Assembly: GCA_964515005.1 (NCBI GenBank)
Contig: CAZEVT010000004.1
Span: 4,302-68,301 of the forward strand
DNA from: an uncultured Gammaproteobacteria bacterium
Lineage (GTDB): Bacteria > Patescibacteriota > Microgenomatia > UBA10105 > UBA927
Length of the DNA: 64,000 bases
Direction: 5' to 3'
A model generated the notes under the pieces. The model saw only the letters and a program-made list of their open reading frames with translations. It did no database searches and had not been told where the DNA came from. The position numbers and the translations under genes are program-made. Positions 25,097 to 35,146 of this stretch are shown here, piece after piece (position 1 is the stretch's first letter; every line of letters begins with the position of its first letter).

Positions 25097-27448
25097 CAAC
25101 TTTTTCCACCGGATAAGAAGAATTCCCCCGAGGAGTAAAAGTACTCCTCCTCCCATTGCATAAATTCCGAGAGTTAGTGATTGCGGCCAATAATACATAA
25201 AGACGGTATGGTCGCCAGCGGGCACGGGGATGCCGCGGAAGGTAAAGTTGGTCCGGTACACCGGCACTTCTTTTCCGTCAACGCTAGCGTGCCAGCCAGG
25301 GGCGTAGGTGTCGGTGAGGACAAGAAGTCCGCCCGAGGAAGAATGAACGGTCATGGAAAGATCATTCATTCGATATGAATCTATGGAAACAGAATTGTTT
25401 ATGTCTGTTGAAGGGGGTAGTTCAATTGGTTCTTCGATTATTGCAGTATTTCGAAGATCAACAGTATAGAGCGCGTCAAGAATTTCCTGTGGGTCTTTTT
25501 TGACGACGATGTTGGTCGCAATATACGCCCGATCGAGTACATCGGGATTTTCCCAAATCCGGAAATATGTGCCTTCCCACACGGATGTGTGGTTTGGAAA
25601 TACCCGCCCGTACCATCCGCTTTCTTTTCTTTCGACGATATATTTAACGTCCAGCAGGGATAATATTTTTTTATTCATCGTTTCCAAATCAAGCTGTACA
25701 CTTATTCTTGGAATATCATTCGTCAGTTTCCCCCCATTGACCGATGACTGTATGAGTTGACCGTATCGGAGAGGAAAAACAGGATTAAGTCCTTCCGGGC
25801 TATACAACCCGTAGACCACATTTGCTCCAGATGGAATCCTGGACAGGTGATTGGCAAATCCGATTCGGTCATGCCCGGCTATTTTTTGTAGCTGACTGAT
25901 AACCGGGACCTCCGGGTACACAAACTGTCGTTCCCCAAAGTAGAAGCTTTTACTGGTAAAATACCAGGCCGAGGCGACCGTGACGGCTACCAGTATCCAC
26001 TTGGCGCGTTTTGAAATGTGCAAAAACACGAGCGTACCGGCGGTAAGGAATATGGATACCGCAAGGTTGCGCAGGAGCACCATGGGGTATGCTTCGGTAA
26101 CCTTCATCGAACTGACGATAGCTGATCGGATGTTGTGTGCGATTGCACCTGCAGGAAATGTCGGAAGTCCGATCTCGGTGTAGTAGGCCAGAAGAAATAC
26201 TTCAAAAATGATAAGAATCATAAGATACGCGCCTATGACCGGACGTGGTATTTTGGGAATCCCCCGGTCAAACACGCGGGCCGCGAGGACCGCAAGCGCA
26301 AATGAAGTGAGATAAAAAATTCGACTCGGAAGCATAGAGGAGAGAATTGGGATGGGAAGAGAAAAGAGCCACTGCGTAAACGGTGAGGAAAATCCAAGAA
26401 ATAGCGTGATGCCGGCTATCCACCAGAAAAACTTTTCCCATGAAGATTTTTTCTGGAACAATCCAATAATCACAAACACGAGCGGAGTGACCCCGATAAA
26501 GAGCGCCTTATCATAATAGCTGCCGATGCCAAAGAAGTTATACGTCCCCGGATTTCCCAGCCAGTCCGGGTTAAAAAGCGAAAGGATATGGGACCATTGG
26601 ACGAGAAATATAGATCGGATTTCGGGAACCGGAACTATGTCCCGCGGGGACATGCGGTATGCTTCCCACGTGGTACAGAGATACGGCGCAACCAGAAGAA
26701 GTCCGGTGAACCCGGCGGCGATAATTAAGCCAAGCCGCTTCTTTCCGAACACCAGTGCGTACGCCGCGATAAAAAGAAGTTCATATATGCCTATTTGTAA
26801 AAATCCCGACGACAACATGATGGCAACTGAGACGGCGAACGCAGCAAACCAAAGGCGGCGCGGTCGAGTGATGAGCAGATCTAATATCCAAACGAGGAGC
26901 GGCAGCCATATGGCGGTTTGGGAAACGGCAGGATTTTCTTCCATCCAGACGGACATGAATCCCGAGAAAGCAAACGCAACGGCGCCAAAAAATGAAGCCA
27001 GCGGGCTCAATTTGAAATGCCGTAGCATCCCGTAGGTGAAAAGCATTGCGAGGGTGGGTACGAGCAGGACCATGATGGAGAATGCGTCCGGCAGCGACGG
27101 GAAAAGATATAGGTAGGTGAGGGGATACATGGGCGCGGATTGTCCGTCGCCAAACAGCGGCCCGCCGGCAAAATTAAATGGATTCCACAGGGGGAGACTT
27201 TTTTCGGATATGGCGAGACGCAGGAGTGACTTCATCGGGTAAAAGAAGAGTAAATTGTCACCGCCCAGATCTTTAAACGGAATATTCACCCATCCCGGAT
27301 AGCTTTGGGTGTTCCAGGGACTGTAAAAGGCGACGAGTTTGTTGGTTGGAAAAAGTATTTTGCCCCCAAAAAGATAGCTGCGGAAGAAAAAAGCAACGAC
27401 ACCGACGATGAGCCCGATGATAAGAAGATTTCTTTTCATTTCGCTCAT
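25088..27448 (-). CDS. YfhO-family polytopic membrane protein (GT-C-like)
   Basis: 786 aa; many N-terminal TM helices, a large C-terminal ectodomain and a terminal TM; paralogous to 59952..62237 and 63253.. Confidence 0.7.
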   Translation of the reverse strand: MSEMKRNLLIIGLIVGVVAFFFRSYLFGGKILFPTNKLVAFYSPWNTQSYPGWVNIPFKDLGGDNLLFFYPMKSLLRLAISEKSLPLWNPFNFAGGPLFGDGQSAPMYPLTYLYLFPSLPDAFSIMVLLVPTLAMLFTYGMLRHFKLSPLASFFGAVAFAFSGFMSVWMEENPAVSQTAIWLPLLVWILDLLITRPRRLWFAAFAVSVAIMLSSGFLQIGIYELLFIAAYALVFGKKRLGLIIAAGFTGLLLVAPYLCTTWEAYRMSPRDIVPVPEIRSIFLVQWSHILSLFNPDWLGNPGTYNFFGIGSYYDKALFIGVTPLVFVIIGLFQKKSSWEKFFWWIAGITLFLGFSSPFTQWLFSLPIPILSSMLPSRIFYLTSFALAVLAARVFDRGIPKIPRPVIGAYLMILIIFEVFLLAYYTEIGLPTFPAGAIAHNIRSAIVSSMKVTEAYPMVLLRNLAVSIFLTAGTLVFLHISKRAKWILVAVTVASAWYFTSKSFYFGERQFVYPEVPVISQLQKIAGHDRIGFANHLSRIPSGANVVYGLYSPEGLNPVFPLRYGQLIQSSVNGGKLTNDIPRISVQLDLETMNKKILSLLDVKYIVERKESGWYGRVFPNHTSVWEGTYFRIWENPDVLDRAYIATNIVVKKDPQEILDALYTVDLRNTAIIEEPIELPPSTDINNSVSIDSYRMNDLSMTVHSSSGGLLVLTDTYAPGWHASVDGKEVPVYRTNFTFRGIPVPAGDHTVFMYYWPQSLTLGIYAMGGGVLLLLGGILLIRWKKLSA

Positions 27449-27475
27449 TATACTGCATGTGGTAGAATATGAAAT

Positions 27476-28522
27476 GTGAAAAGTGAGACAAAATTATTCC
27501 TCGGGATCATCCTCGGCACGGTCGCCATTGTAGCGGCTGGAATATTTCTTTTGAGTAAACCTGCGGGAACGAACAAAGTCGACAGTTCACTTCTTGTCCG
27601 GGAAGACAGTCAAAAAATAGCGACCGGATCCGGGGCTGTTGTGCTCGTTGAGTTTTCCGATTTTCAGTGTCCGGCATGCGGGGCGTACTACCCGATAGTG
27701 AAAAAACTCGTAGAGGAGTTTGCCAAAGATCTCACATTTGTCTATCGCAATTATCCCTTAATTTCCATTCACGAGAATGCGTTTCTTGCGGCCCAGACTG
27801 CTGAGGCGGCAGGGAAACAGGGGAAGTATTGGGAGATCCATGATCTTCTTTTTGAGAATCAAAAAGAATGGTCGAAAGTCGGGAATGCCCGTGAGCTTTT
27901 TATCGGGTATGCAAAAACGTTAGGAATTACCCTGGACATAGATGCGCAGGATGTGAAAGACAAAGTACAAAGAGATATGGCAGATGGAAATGCGCTTGGC
28001 ATCAGCGGTACGCCCACGTTTTTCGTCAACGGCGAGAAGATACAGAATCCGGCAAATCTGGCAGCGTTCGAAGCCGTCATCAAAGCAGCGATCGAAAAAG
28101 CTCCGAAGCCCACAACAGGATCTGAAGAGGCCGTACATATACACTTTAACCTCGCGGTAAATCTCGGCGGGAAGATTCTTGATTTTTCGCTTCCCAAATA
28201 TCAGGAAACCACAGAATCGATTCACTTCCATGATAACAAAGGAGATATGGTGCACATTCATAAAGCAAATGCGACGCTCAAGGAACTTTTTGATTCTCTG
28301 GGAGTATCGGTTGCCGGCGCAAAAATGTATGTGAACGGGAAAGAAAACAGTACGCTTTTGGGTTATGCACCGCAGGATCTAGACCGCATTCTCATTACCG
28401 ACGGACCAATGGTGAGCGTTGCCGACGATGCCTGTATTTATTCAGAAACATGTCCCGAGCGGGGTACGCCGCCTACCGAGGAATGCGTCGGGGGCTTAGG
28501 GACCGACTGCGTGGAAAAATAA
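27476..28522 (+). CDS. membrane-anchored DsbA-like thioredoxin-fold protein with a Cys-rich C-terminal extension
   Basis: GTG start; FSDFQCPACGAYYP (CxxC) in a DsbA-like context; extra C-terminal domain of about 150 aa with several Cys. Confidence 0.75.
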   Translation: MKSETKLFLGIILGTVAIVAAGIFLLSKPAGTNKVDSSLLVREDSQKIATGSGAVVLVEFSDFQCPACGAYYPIVKKLVEEFAKDLTFVYRNYPLISIHENAFLAAQTAEAAGKQGKYWEIHDLLFENQKEWSKVGNARELFIGYAKTLGITLDIDAQDVKDKVQRDMADGNALGISGTPTFFVNGEKIQNPANLAAFEAVIKAAIEKAPKPTTGSEEAVHIHFNLAVNLGGKILDFSLPKYQETTESIHFHDNKGDMVHIHKANATLKELFDSLGVSVAGAKMYVNGKENSTLLGYAPQDLDRILITDGPMVSVADDACIYSETCPERGTPPTEECVGGLGTDCVEK

Positions 28523-28526
28523 TCAC

Positions 28527-29378
28527 ATGACCTGGCAACTTCTCATATTATTTAGTGTCCTTACCTATTCTGTTTCCGTCCTTCTCCAGCGAATTCTTGT
28601 CAAAGAAGATAAAAGCGATCCTATATCCTTTGCGATTCTGTTTCAGTTCATAACGGGCATATTTATCGGGGTTTATGGATTCGCAACCCAAGATATGAGC
28701 CTCCCCAACCTGACTCCGATTCTTGGAAATATTTTTCTCATGATTACTATGTACACGCTGGGCAATTATTTTTTGTTTACCGCGCTTCAAAAAATTGAAG
28801 CATCGAAATTTACCGTCATCTTTTCGAGCCGGGCGATTTTTACGGTTATTGCATCGACCATATTCCTCCGGGAGTCACTCGACGCAGGACAATGGTTTGG
28901 CGCGCTCCTTATTCTGTTTGCCATTTTACTCGTTACCGGGAAAATTCGGACACTCACGTTTCAGAAGCCCGAATGGTATGCGCTTCTTGCTGCAGTATGT
29001 TTCGGGGTAGAAATTACCAATGACCGTATACTCCTTAACTCACTATCGGTGTACCCTTTTGCATTTTGGGGATTTCTTCTTCCGGGGTTGGCACTACTCC
29101 TGATATACAAGAAATCAGTTCGTAATATGTCGCGATATTTTCGTCCGAAAACACTCCGGACAATTTTGCTTTTATGCGCGATTTATGCCGCAAGCGCGGT
29201 TACTTTTTTTGTTGCTCTTCAAATGGCCCCAAATTCGTCACAAGTGGCGACTATTAATTTAACAAACGTGATTGTGATCGTACTTTTGTCGATTGTGTTT
29301 CTACGGGAACGAACCGATTGGGTGAAGAGAGTTATCGGTGCGGTCTTGAGTTTTGTCGGATTGCTACTCGTAAATTAA
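28527..29378 (+). CDS. EamA/DMT-family transporter
   Basis: ten predicted TM helices and a duplicated EamA-like pattern. Confidence 0.75.
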   Translation: MTWQLLILFSVLTYSVSVLLQRILVKEDKSDPISFAILFQFITGIFIGVYGFATQDMSLPNLTPILGNIFLMITMYTLGNYFLFTALQKIEASKFTVIFSSRAIFTVIASTIFLRESLDAGQWFGALLILFAILLVTGKIRTLTFQKPEWYALLAAVCFGVEITNDRILLNSLSVYPFAFWGFLLPGLALLLIYKKSVRNMSRYFRPKTLRTILLLCAIYAASAVTFFVALQMAPNSSQVATINLTNVIVIVLLSIVFLRERTDWVKRVIGAVLSFVGLLLVN

Positions 29379-29426
29379 CGAAAGTGATCCCTTGCGGAAG
29401 TAGATATTTGTAAGTAAAATAACATA

Positions 29427-29494
29427 TACTCATTTTACTCAGGTTTGCAGCCCGATAGGGCGAAAAAACTGATTAGATGAGTAGATACCCGGAC
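29427..29494 (+). promoter_or_regulatory. conserved structured leader element, copy 3
   Basis: same core; closing helix UACUCAU/AUGAGUA; ends about 20 nt before ATG 29516. Confidence 0.6.
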
Positions 29495-29506
29495 GGGTAA
29501 AATCCC

Positions 29507-30343
29507 TTGGAATATATGAAGATATTTAAAAACTTTAAGCTTCCTTCAAACTCCGTCCAAACCATATTGGTTATTGCTCTTATCGCGGCCGCCTATTTCA
29601 TCGGGAATCTTTCGGCAAAAGTCCAGTTGCTTCAGGGAGGCGCAGGTGCTCCTACGACCGCACAGCCGGATGCTGCTGCTCCAGTAGTGACACTTGATCA
29701 GATTAAGGAAGTATTTAAAAAGGGTGTTATTAAATTCGGCGACGTCAACAGCAAGCTTCTTTTTGTGGAAGTGGCAGATCCGAGCTGTCCGTACTGTCAT
29801 ATTGCCGCCGGTAAAAACCCTGAGCTGAATAACACATCTGACCAATTTAAACTGGTTTCCGCGGGAGGAACCTACCTGGCACCGGTGCCGGAAATGAAAA
29901 AGTTGGTCGATGCTGGAAAAGCGGCATTTGTCTGGTTGTATACCAGCGGGCACGGGAACGGGGAAATGGGAACCAAAGCACTCTACTGCGCCTTTGAAAA
30001 AGGAAAATTCTGGGAAGCGCATGACCTTCTTATGACGGCAAAAGGGTATGAACTTCTCAACGGCACAACGGCGGCGGGTGCGGCTACGACCGGACCGGTT
30101 GTGAAAAATGATAAAACAAAATCCGGCGAGCTTGCAGCCTTCTTGGCGCCAGCCGTTGACTCCGCATTTCTCAAGTCGTGCCTTGATTCCGGCAAATATG
30201 ACGGGCGAATTTCTGAAGACAGCCAACTGGCTGCGGGCGTTGGGATCACCGGTACCCCGGGATTCTTTGTGAACGAACGGTCATTTTCCGGGGCATATAG
30301 CTTCAAAGACATGCAGCCTTTAGTTGACGCCGCACTTAAGTAA
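29507..30343 (+). CDS. DsbA-like thioredoxin-fold protein
   Basis: SCPYCH CxxC motif; N-terminal TM helix. The ORF opens at TTG 29507; ATG 29516 (MKIFKNF) is the likely start. Confidence 0.75.
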   Translation: MEYMKIFKNFKLPSNSVQTILVIALIAAAYFIGNLSAKVQLLQGGAGAPTTAQPDAAAPVVTLDQIKEVFKKGVIKFGDVNSKLLFVEVADPSCPYCHIAAGKNPELNNTSDQFKLVSAGGTYLAPVPEMKKLVDAGKAAFVWLYTSGHGNGEMGTKALYCAFEKGKFWEAHDLLMTAKGYELLNGTTAAGAATTGPVVKNDKTKSGELAAFLAPAVDSAFLKSCLDSGKYDGRISEDSQLAAGVGITGTPGFFVNERSFSGAYSFKDMQPLVDAALK

Positions 30344-30348
30344 ACCTG

Positions 30349-30846
30349 TTAGCTCTTTCGCCTCTTTGCCGTATGCCCATTTAATCGATACCCGTGAGTA
30401 AGGGCAATGGCCAGCGCATCTGCCGTATCATCCGGTTTCGGAATTTCCCGCAAATGCAGTAGTTTCGTTACCGTCTTTTGTACATCCTTTTTTTCCGCCC
30501 TTCCGTTGCCGCAGATGGTTAATTTGACTGACGGGGGAGAGTAGGAAATAACCGGAATGTTGTGAGTGGCAGCCGCCAGAATTATTACTCCTCGAGCTTG
30601 CCCGACCGCCATGACCGTTTTTGCGTTTGAGGCAAAAAAGAGGAGCTCAATGCTTACATATTCCGGCTTATATTTGACAACGATGTGTAATATTTTCTGG
30701 TAAATAATCAGAAGTCGCTCTTGGGGGCTCTCTGTTTTTTCCGTCTCAATACATCCGTACGCAATTGCGTGAAACTTTGATTTTTGTTTATCGAGTATCG
30801 CCCAGCCGACACGTGCAGTTCCCGGATCGATACCTAAGATAATCAT
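30349..30846 (-). CDS. ruvC: Holliday junction resolvase RuvC
   Basis: MIILGIDPGTARVGWAIL N-terminus and RNase-H-like acidic residues. Confidence 0.9.
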   Translation of the reverse strand: MIILGIDPGTARVGWAILDKQKSKFHAIAYGCIETEKTESPQERLLIIYQKILHIVVKYKPEYVSIELLFFASNAKTVMAVGQARGVIILAAATHNIPVISYSPPSVKLTICGNGRAEKKDVQKTVTKLLHLREIPKPDDTADALAIALTHGYRLNGHTAKRRKS

Positions 30847-30863
30847 GTCATGTAGTATACTAC

Positions 30864-31232
30864 ATGTGTGATCAAGTTTATTCAGCCATGATGAATTTTC
30901 TTTTTGCCCTTATTGTCGCCGCAGTATCCGCATCGGGGGGCAGCCTCTTGTGGCCGCGGTTGACGAGCGTGCCCCGCCCGCAATTACTTCAGCAGATACA
31001 CGATTTCGTCATCCATACGCCGATGGGTACGCAGGCGGCTACGGTGCTGGGAGTTGCGGACGAAGCGAACGTTGAGCCCCTCGATGGCGGCGCGATTGTC
31101 GGAGGCGCTATGGGAGCTCTGAAAGATGCGGTGCAAAAGCGGGCAGAAGCGATTATCATTACACAGGTCACCCGACAGATTTCCCAAAACCAGGAGTTAC
31201 GGGAACTTATTTGCAAACCGGAGCGTCAATAA
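30864..31232 (+). CDS. hypothetical secreted protein
   Basis: likely start at MMNFLFALIVAAVSA (signal-like segment). Confidence 0.45.
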   Translation: MCDQVYSAMMNFLFALIVAAVSASGGSLLWPRLTSVPRPQLLQQIHDFVIHTPMGTQAATVLGVADEANVEPLDGGAIVGGAMGALKDAVQKRAEAIIITQVTRQISQNQELRELICKPERQ

Positions 31233-31981
31233 TGGCATTTTTTTACGCACTCGCGGCCGTCACTATCGTCAGCTTGCTATCACTTCTGGGGGCGATATTT
31301 ATATCGCTACAGCGGAAATTTTTGGATTCGTTCACGACCTACATGGTCGCGTTTTCATCAGGCATATTACTCGGGACGACGTTTTATGATCTGGTACCGG
31401 AGGGACATGCGGGGGTGGGCGACGCGGTATACACGTGGGTTATCATCGGTATCGTTGCGTTTTTTATTCTCGAGAAATTCATTCATTGGCATCATCATAA
31501 AGAAGATCTTGAAGGTCATACGGAGGAGAAAAAACATGTTGCGTATCTGACGCTTATCGGTGACGGGATTCATAACTTTTTGGACGGGACGATCATTGCC
31601 GTTACATTCCTGACCAGTATTCCGCTGGGGGTTGCAACTACGATTGCCGTTATCGCCCATGAGATACCGCACGAACTTGGCGACTTTTTCCTTTTGACGT
31701 ACGGCGGGTTTCCCAACAAAAAAGCGCTCTGGTACAACTTCTTGTCCGCGCTTACCGCAGTTGCCGGAACGGTGTTTGTATTTATCTTTTCCAAAAACGT
31801 TCTGTCTTTTGCTCCGTATGTTGTCGGGTTTGCGGCAGGTAACTTCCTGTATATTGCGTCTTCTGATCTCATTCCCGCACTTCACGAAAAACGAAATATC
31901 AAAACGTCGCTCCTTCAGATCATCTGTTTGGTATCCGGAGTTATCCTCATGCGTATGCTCACGCAATTTTTGGCTGGGTGA
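31211..31981 (+). CDS. ZIP-family divalent metal transporter (ZupT-like)
   Basis: AHEIPHELGDFFLL and HxxxD/E metal-binding TM motifs. Confidence 0.85.
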   Translation: MQTGASIMAFFYALAAVTIVSLLSLLGAIFISLQRKFLDSFTTYMVAFSSGILLGTTFYDLVPEGHAGVGDAVYTWVIIGIVAFFILEKFIHWHHHKEDLEGHTEEKKHVAYLTLIGDGIHNFLDGTIIAVTFLTSIPLGVATTIAVIAHEIPHELGDFFLLTYGGFPNKKALWYNFLSALTAVAGTVFVFIFSKNVLSFAPYVVGFAAGNFLYIASSDLIPALHEKRNIKTSLLQIICLVSGVILMRMLTQFLAG

Positions 31982-32001
31982 ACGTGGTAAAATAAGCATC
32001 T

Positions 32002-33027
32002 ATGATGAAAGCTCCTATGGACCAGTCTCTCGCCACACGCGCCAAGGAGCTTATTGCCAAACTCAATCTCGATGGGAAACGTAAAGCGATCCGTGAGCTT
32101 GAAGCTCTCTCTTCCCAACCCGATTTTTGGAAGGATTCTCAAGCCGCGGTCAAAAAGATGAAGGAAATGGCGGCCCTGCAAAAAGAGCTTGCAGAAGGGG
32201 AGATGCTTGAACTGTACCTTTCCGAAGGAAAAGAAACGGAACTTGCAAAAGAATTGGACCGCATGGAGTTTGCCTTATATCTTTCCGGCCCCTATGACCG
32301 GGGCGATGCCATTTTTTCCATACACTCCGGCCAGGGTGGAACGGAAGCCATGGACTGGACGAGCATGCTGTACCGCATGTACACCCGCTACATAGAAAGA
32401 AAAGGATGGGCGGCAGAGGAAATAGATTATACGCAGGGGGAAGAAGCGGGTATTAAGATGGTCACGGTTGCCGTGACCGGTGCGTACGCGTACGGATTTT
32501 TAAAGGCCGAAGTGGGCGTTCACCGACTCGTGCGACAGTCGCCGTTTAACGCGGATAACCTGCGGCAGACATCATTTGCCATGGTTGAGGTGTTGCCGGT
32601 GGTTGATGAAAATTCCGATATTGAAATTAAGGAAGACGAGTTGGAGTGGGACTTTTATCGGTCCGGGGGCAAAGGCGGACAAAATGTGAACAAGGTGTCA
32701 ACTGCGGTGAGACTCAAGCATAAGCCGACCGGCATTATTGTAACGAGTCAGGCTCAGCGCTATCAGGGACAAAACCGCGAGTATGCCCTGAAGGTACTTC
32801 GCGCCAAACTCTGGGAACGGCAGGAGCAAAAACGCCTTGAAGAGGAAAAATCCGTCCGCGGCGTCTACAAAACTCCGGGGTGGGGAAATCAGATTCGATC
32901 GTATGTTCTTCACCCGTATCACATGGTGAAGGATCTGCGTACGCAGTTTGAAACAGGTAATACCGATCGGGTTTTAGACGGCGACATCGATGACTTCGTG
33001 ATCGCGTACTTGAAAAAAATATCGTAA
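32002..33027 (+). CDS. prfB: peptide chain release factor 2
   Basis: SPF tripeptide (RQSPFNA) and GGQ motif; single continuous ORF with no +1 frameshift site. Confidence 0.9.
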   Translation: MMKAPMDQSLATRAKELIAKLNLDGKRKAIRELEALSSQPDFWKDSQAAVKKMKEMAALQKELAEGEMLELYLSEGKETELAKELDRMEFALYLSGPYDRGDAIFSIHSGQGGTEAMDWTSMLYRMYTRYIERKGWAAEEIDYTQGEEAGIKMVTVAVTGAYAYGFLKAEVGVHRLVRQSPFNADNLRQTSFAMVEVLPVVDENSDIEIKEDELEWDFYRSGGKGGQNVNKVSTAVRLKHKPTGIIVTSQAQRYQGQNREYALKVLRAKLWERQEQKRLEEEKSVRGVYKTPGWGNQIRSYVLHPYHMVKDLRTQFETGNTDRVLDGDIDDFVIAYLKKIS

Positions 33028-33030
33028 GGC

Positions 33031-33534
33031 TTGATAATGGGAGGACGGGGTAAGTGTCCTATGAAACAAACCATGTCAGCAGATGCACAAGTATCAAGAG
33101 GGGTAAAGGACGCGCCTCATATTGAACCGATTGATGGAAAAGAAAAAGGAGAAAGATCTATGAACATAAAGCCACAGCGAGTAGTTTTAGCAGTTTATGT
33201 TGTGCTGGTTCTTTTGGGTGTGGGGACAGGATATCTTTTGTCCCGGTCGGGTGCAGCCGGCCCGTCGGTTATTCAAACTGACAAAGTTTCAGGAAGTACG
33301 GACACCAAGACATTTAAAGATTCCGCAGAAGGTACAATCGAAAAAGACGGCGCCGCCGGCGAAGGAACGCACCAGCTTGTCCGGGACGGTGGGCCGTCCC
33401 AGACCGTGACCCTTATCTCATCTGTTGTCGATTTGGACCTGTTTGCCGGGAAGAAAGTAAAAGTCTGGGGTCAAACGATGGCAGCCAAAAAAGTAGCCTG
33501 GCTTATGGATGTGGGCAAAGTAGAGCTGCAATGA
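33031..33534 (+). CDS. single-pass membrane protein, hypothetical
   Basis: likely start at MNIKPQRVVLAVYVVLVLL (33160); 4-nt overlap with ftsE. Confidence 0.45.
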   Translation: MIMGGRGKCPMKQTMSADAQVSRGVKDAPHIEPIDGKEKGERSMNIKPQRVVLAVYVVLVLLGVGTGYLLSRSGAAGPSVIQTDKVSGSTDTKTFKDSAEGTIEKDGAAGEGTHQLVRDGGPSQTVTLISSVVDLDLFAGKKVKVWGQTMAAKKVAWLMDVGKVELQ

Positions 33535-34256
33535 TTCGATTCGATCATGTCGATAAACAATACGCCGGGCACTCACACGCCCTGTCAGATCTAACCGTAG
33601 AAATTGGTGACGGAGAGTTTGTGTTTCTTATCGGTCCCTCGGGTGCCGGGAAAACGACATTTTTGCGCCTCCTCATCCGAGATTTGCTCCCATCGGCGGG
33701 CACGATTCATGTGGATTCCTGGAAAATCAATACGCTTCCTTCGGCAAAGGTTCATCTTCTCCGAAGAAAAATAGGGACCGTGTTTCAGGATTTTAAGCTT
33801 CTGACTGACCGCACGGTATTTGAAAACGTCGCCCTGGGGCTTGAGATTCTCGGCAAAAGCCCGAAGGAGATAGCCTCACGGGTTACGGATGTTTTGGAGC
33901 TTGTGGGATTGCCGGGGAAAAAGAACTCTTTCCCCCGCGAGCTATCGGCCGGCGAAATGCAGCGGACGGGGATTGCTAGGGCCATTGTCGGCGGGCCGAC
34001 GATCCTTCTTGCTGACGAGCCGACCGGCAATTTGGACCCGGATACCGCATCGGAAATTCTGGATATCCTCACGGAGATAAATAAGATCGGGACCACGATT
34101 GTCATGGCCACGCATAATGCAAACATTGTGAATGCATTGAAGAAGCGAACCATCGCCCTTCACGAAGGACGCCTCGTGAGCGATGAGGCGAGGGGGAAAT
34201 ATCATGTCACATCAAAAACAAAAGAGGTAAAGAAGAAACATCCATCACATGGTTAG
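33531..34256 (+). CDS. ftsE: cell-division ABC ATPase FtsE
   Basis: Walker A GPSGAGKTT, ABC signature LSAGEMQR, Walker B ILLADEPT. Confidence 0.9.
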   Translation: MIRFDHVDKQYAGHSHALSDLTVEIGDGEFVFLIGPSGAGKTTFLRLLIRDLLPSAGTIHVDSWKINTLPSAKVHLLRRKIGTVFQDFKLLTDRTVFENVALGLEILGKSPKEIASRVTDVLELVGLPGKKNSFPRELSAGEMQRTGIARAIVGGPTILLADEPTGNLDPDTASEILDILTEINKIGTTIVMATHNANIVNALKKRTIALHEGRLVSDEARGKYHVTSKTKEVKKKHPSHG

Positions 34257-35136
34257 TCTCTGGACACATATCAGGCGGTCACCCTATCAGTCTATGGCTG
34301 CGGTACTCACCATGTTTTTGACATTCCTCCTGGGCGGGTTTTTCTTTATCGCCATGGTCACGTCGGCCCTCGTCCTTCAGTTTTTTGAGAGTAAACCCCA
34401 GATTACGGTCTTTTTTGCGGACCGCGCAACGCAGGCCGATGCAGACGCGCTCAAAAAAACGCTTGAAGGAACCGGCAAGGTGCTCTCCACCAAATACGTA
34501 ACGAAAGAAGATGCGCTCGCCATCTACCGTGAGCAAAATAAAAGCGATCCCTTGCTTCTTGAGATGGTAACGGCAGATATTCTTCCTGCCTCTCTTGAAG
34601 TATCAGCCCTTGACCCTTCCTATCTCTCTGAACTGGCGCCGTCAATCCGCGCCGCAAACGGAGTCGAGGAGGTTGTGTTTCAAAAGGATGTTGTCGATAC
34701 GCTACTTGCGTGGACCAATGCAATACGCATCGTCGGAGGTACGCTCGCAACGCTTTTGGCACTGGACTCACTTCTTATTATCATGACCGTCATCAGTATG
34801 AAAATTGCCCTTAAGCGGGATGAAATAGAAATTCTAAACCTGGTGGGCGCCAGCCCCTGGTATATCCGCACGCCGTTTGTCCTGGAAGGGGGATTTTACG
34901 GGGCAATCGGTGCATTTGGGTCGTGGATTATTATCACCGGCCTCATCGTGTGGGTGCAACCCGTCGTCGTTTCATTTTTGGGGACGATCCCCGCGGTTTC
35001 CGGGGTACTGGGAAATCTGGGATCGCCCGCTTTTTTCCTCGCGGGCACAGGATTTTTGACTGCCATGCTCGTCATCGGATTTCTTTTGGGAAGCGTCGGG
35101 AGTTATATCGCGGTGAAGAGGTTTTTGAAAATTTGA
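34249..35136 (+). CDS. ftsX: cell-division permease FtsX
   Basis: 4-TM FtsX topology with a large first ectoloop; 8-nt overlap with ftsE. Confidence 0.85.
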   Translation: MVSLWTHIRRSPYQSMAAVLTMFLTFLLGGFFFIAMVTSALVLQFFESKPQITVFFADRATQADADALKKTLEGTGKVLSTKYVTKEDALAIYREQNKSDPLLLEMVTADILPASLEVSALDPSYLSELAPSIRAANGVEEVVFQKDVVDTLLAWTNAIRIVGGTLATLLALDSLLIIMTVISMKIALKRDEIEILNLVGASPWYIRTPFVLEGGFYGAIGAFGSWIIITGLIVWVQPVVVSFLGTIPAVSGVLGNLGSPAFFLAGTGFLTAMLVIGFLLGSVGSYIAVKRFLKI

Positions 35137-35146
35137 CGGCACATGC

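Noticed and set aside
32002-32100. Search for the canonical RF2 +1 frameshift site (CUU UGA C)
   Set aside because: The ORF is continuous; no in-frame stop or shifted frame is needed to obtain full-length RF2.
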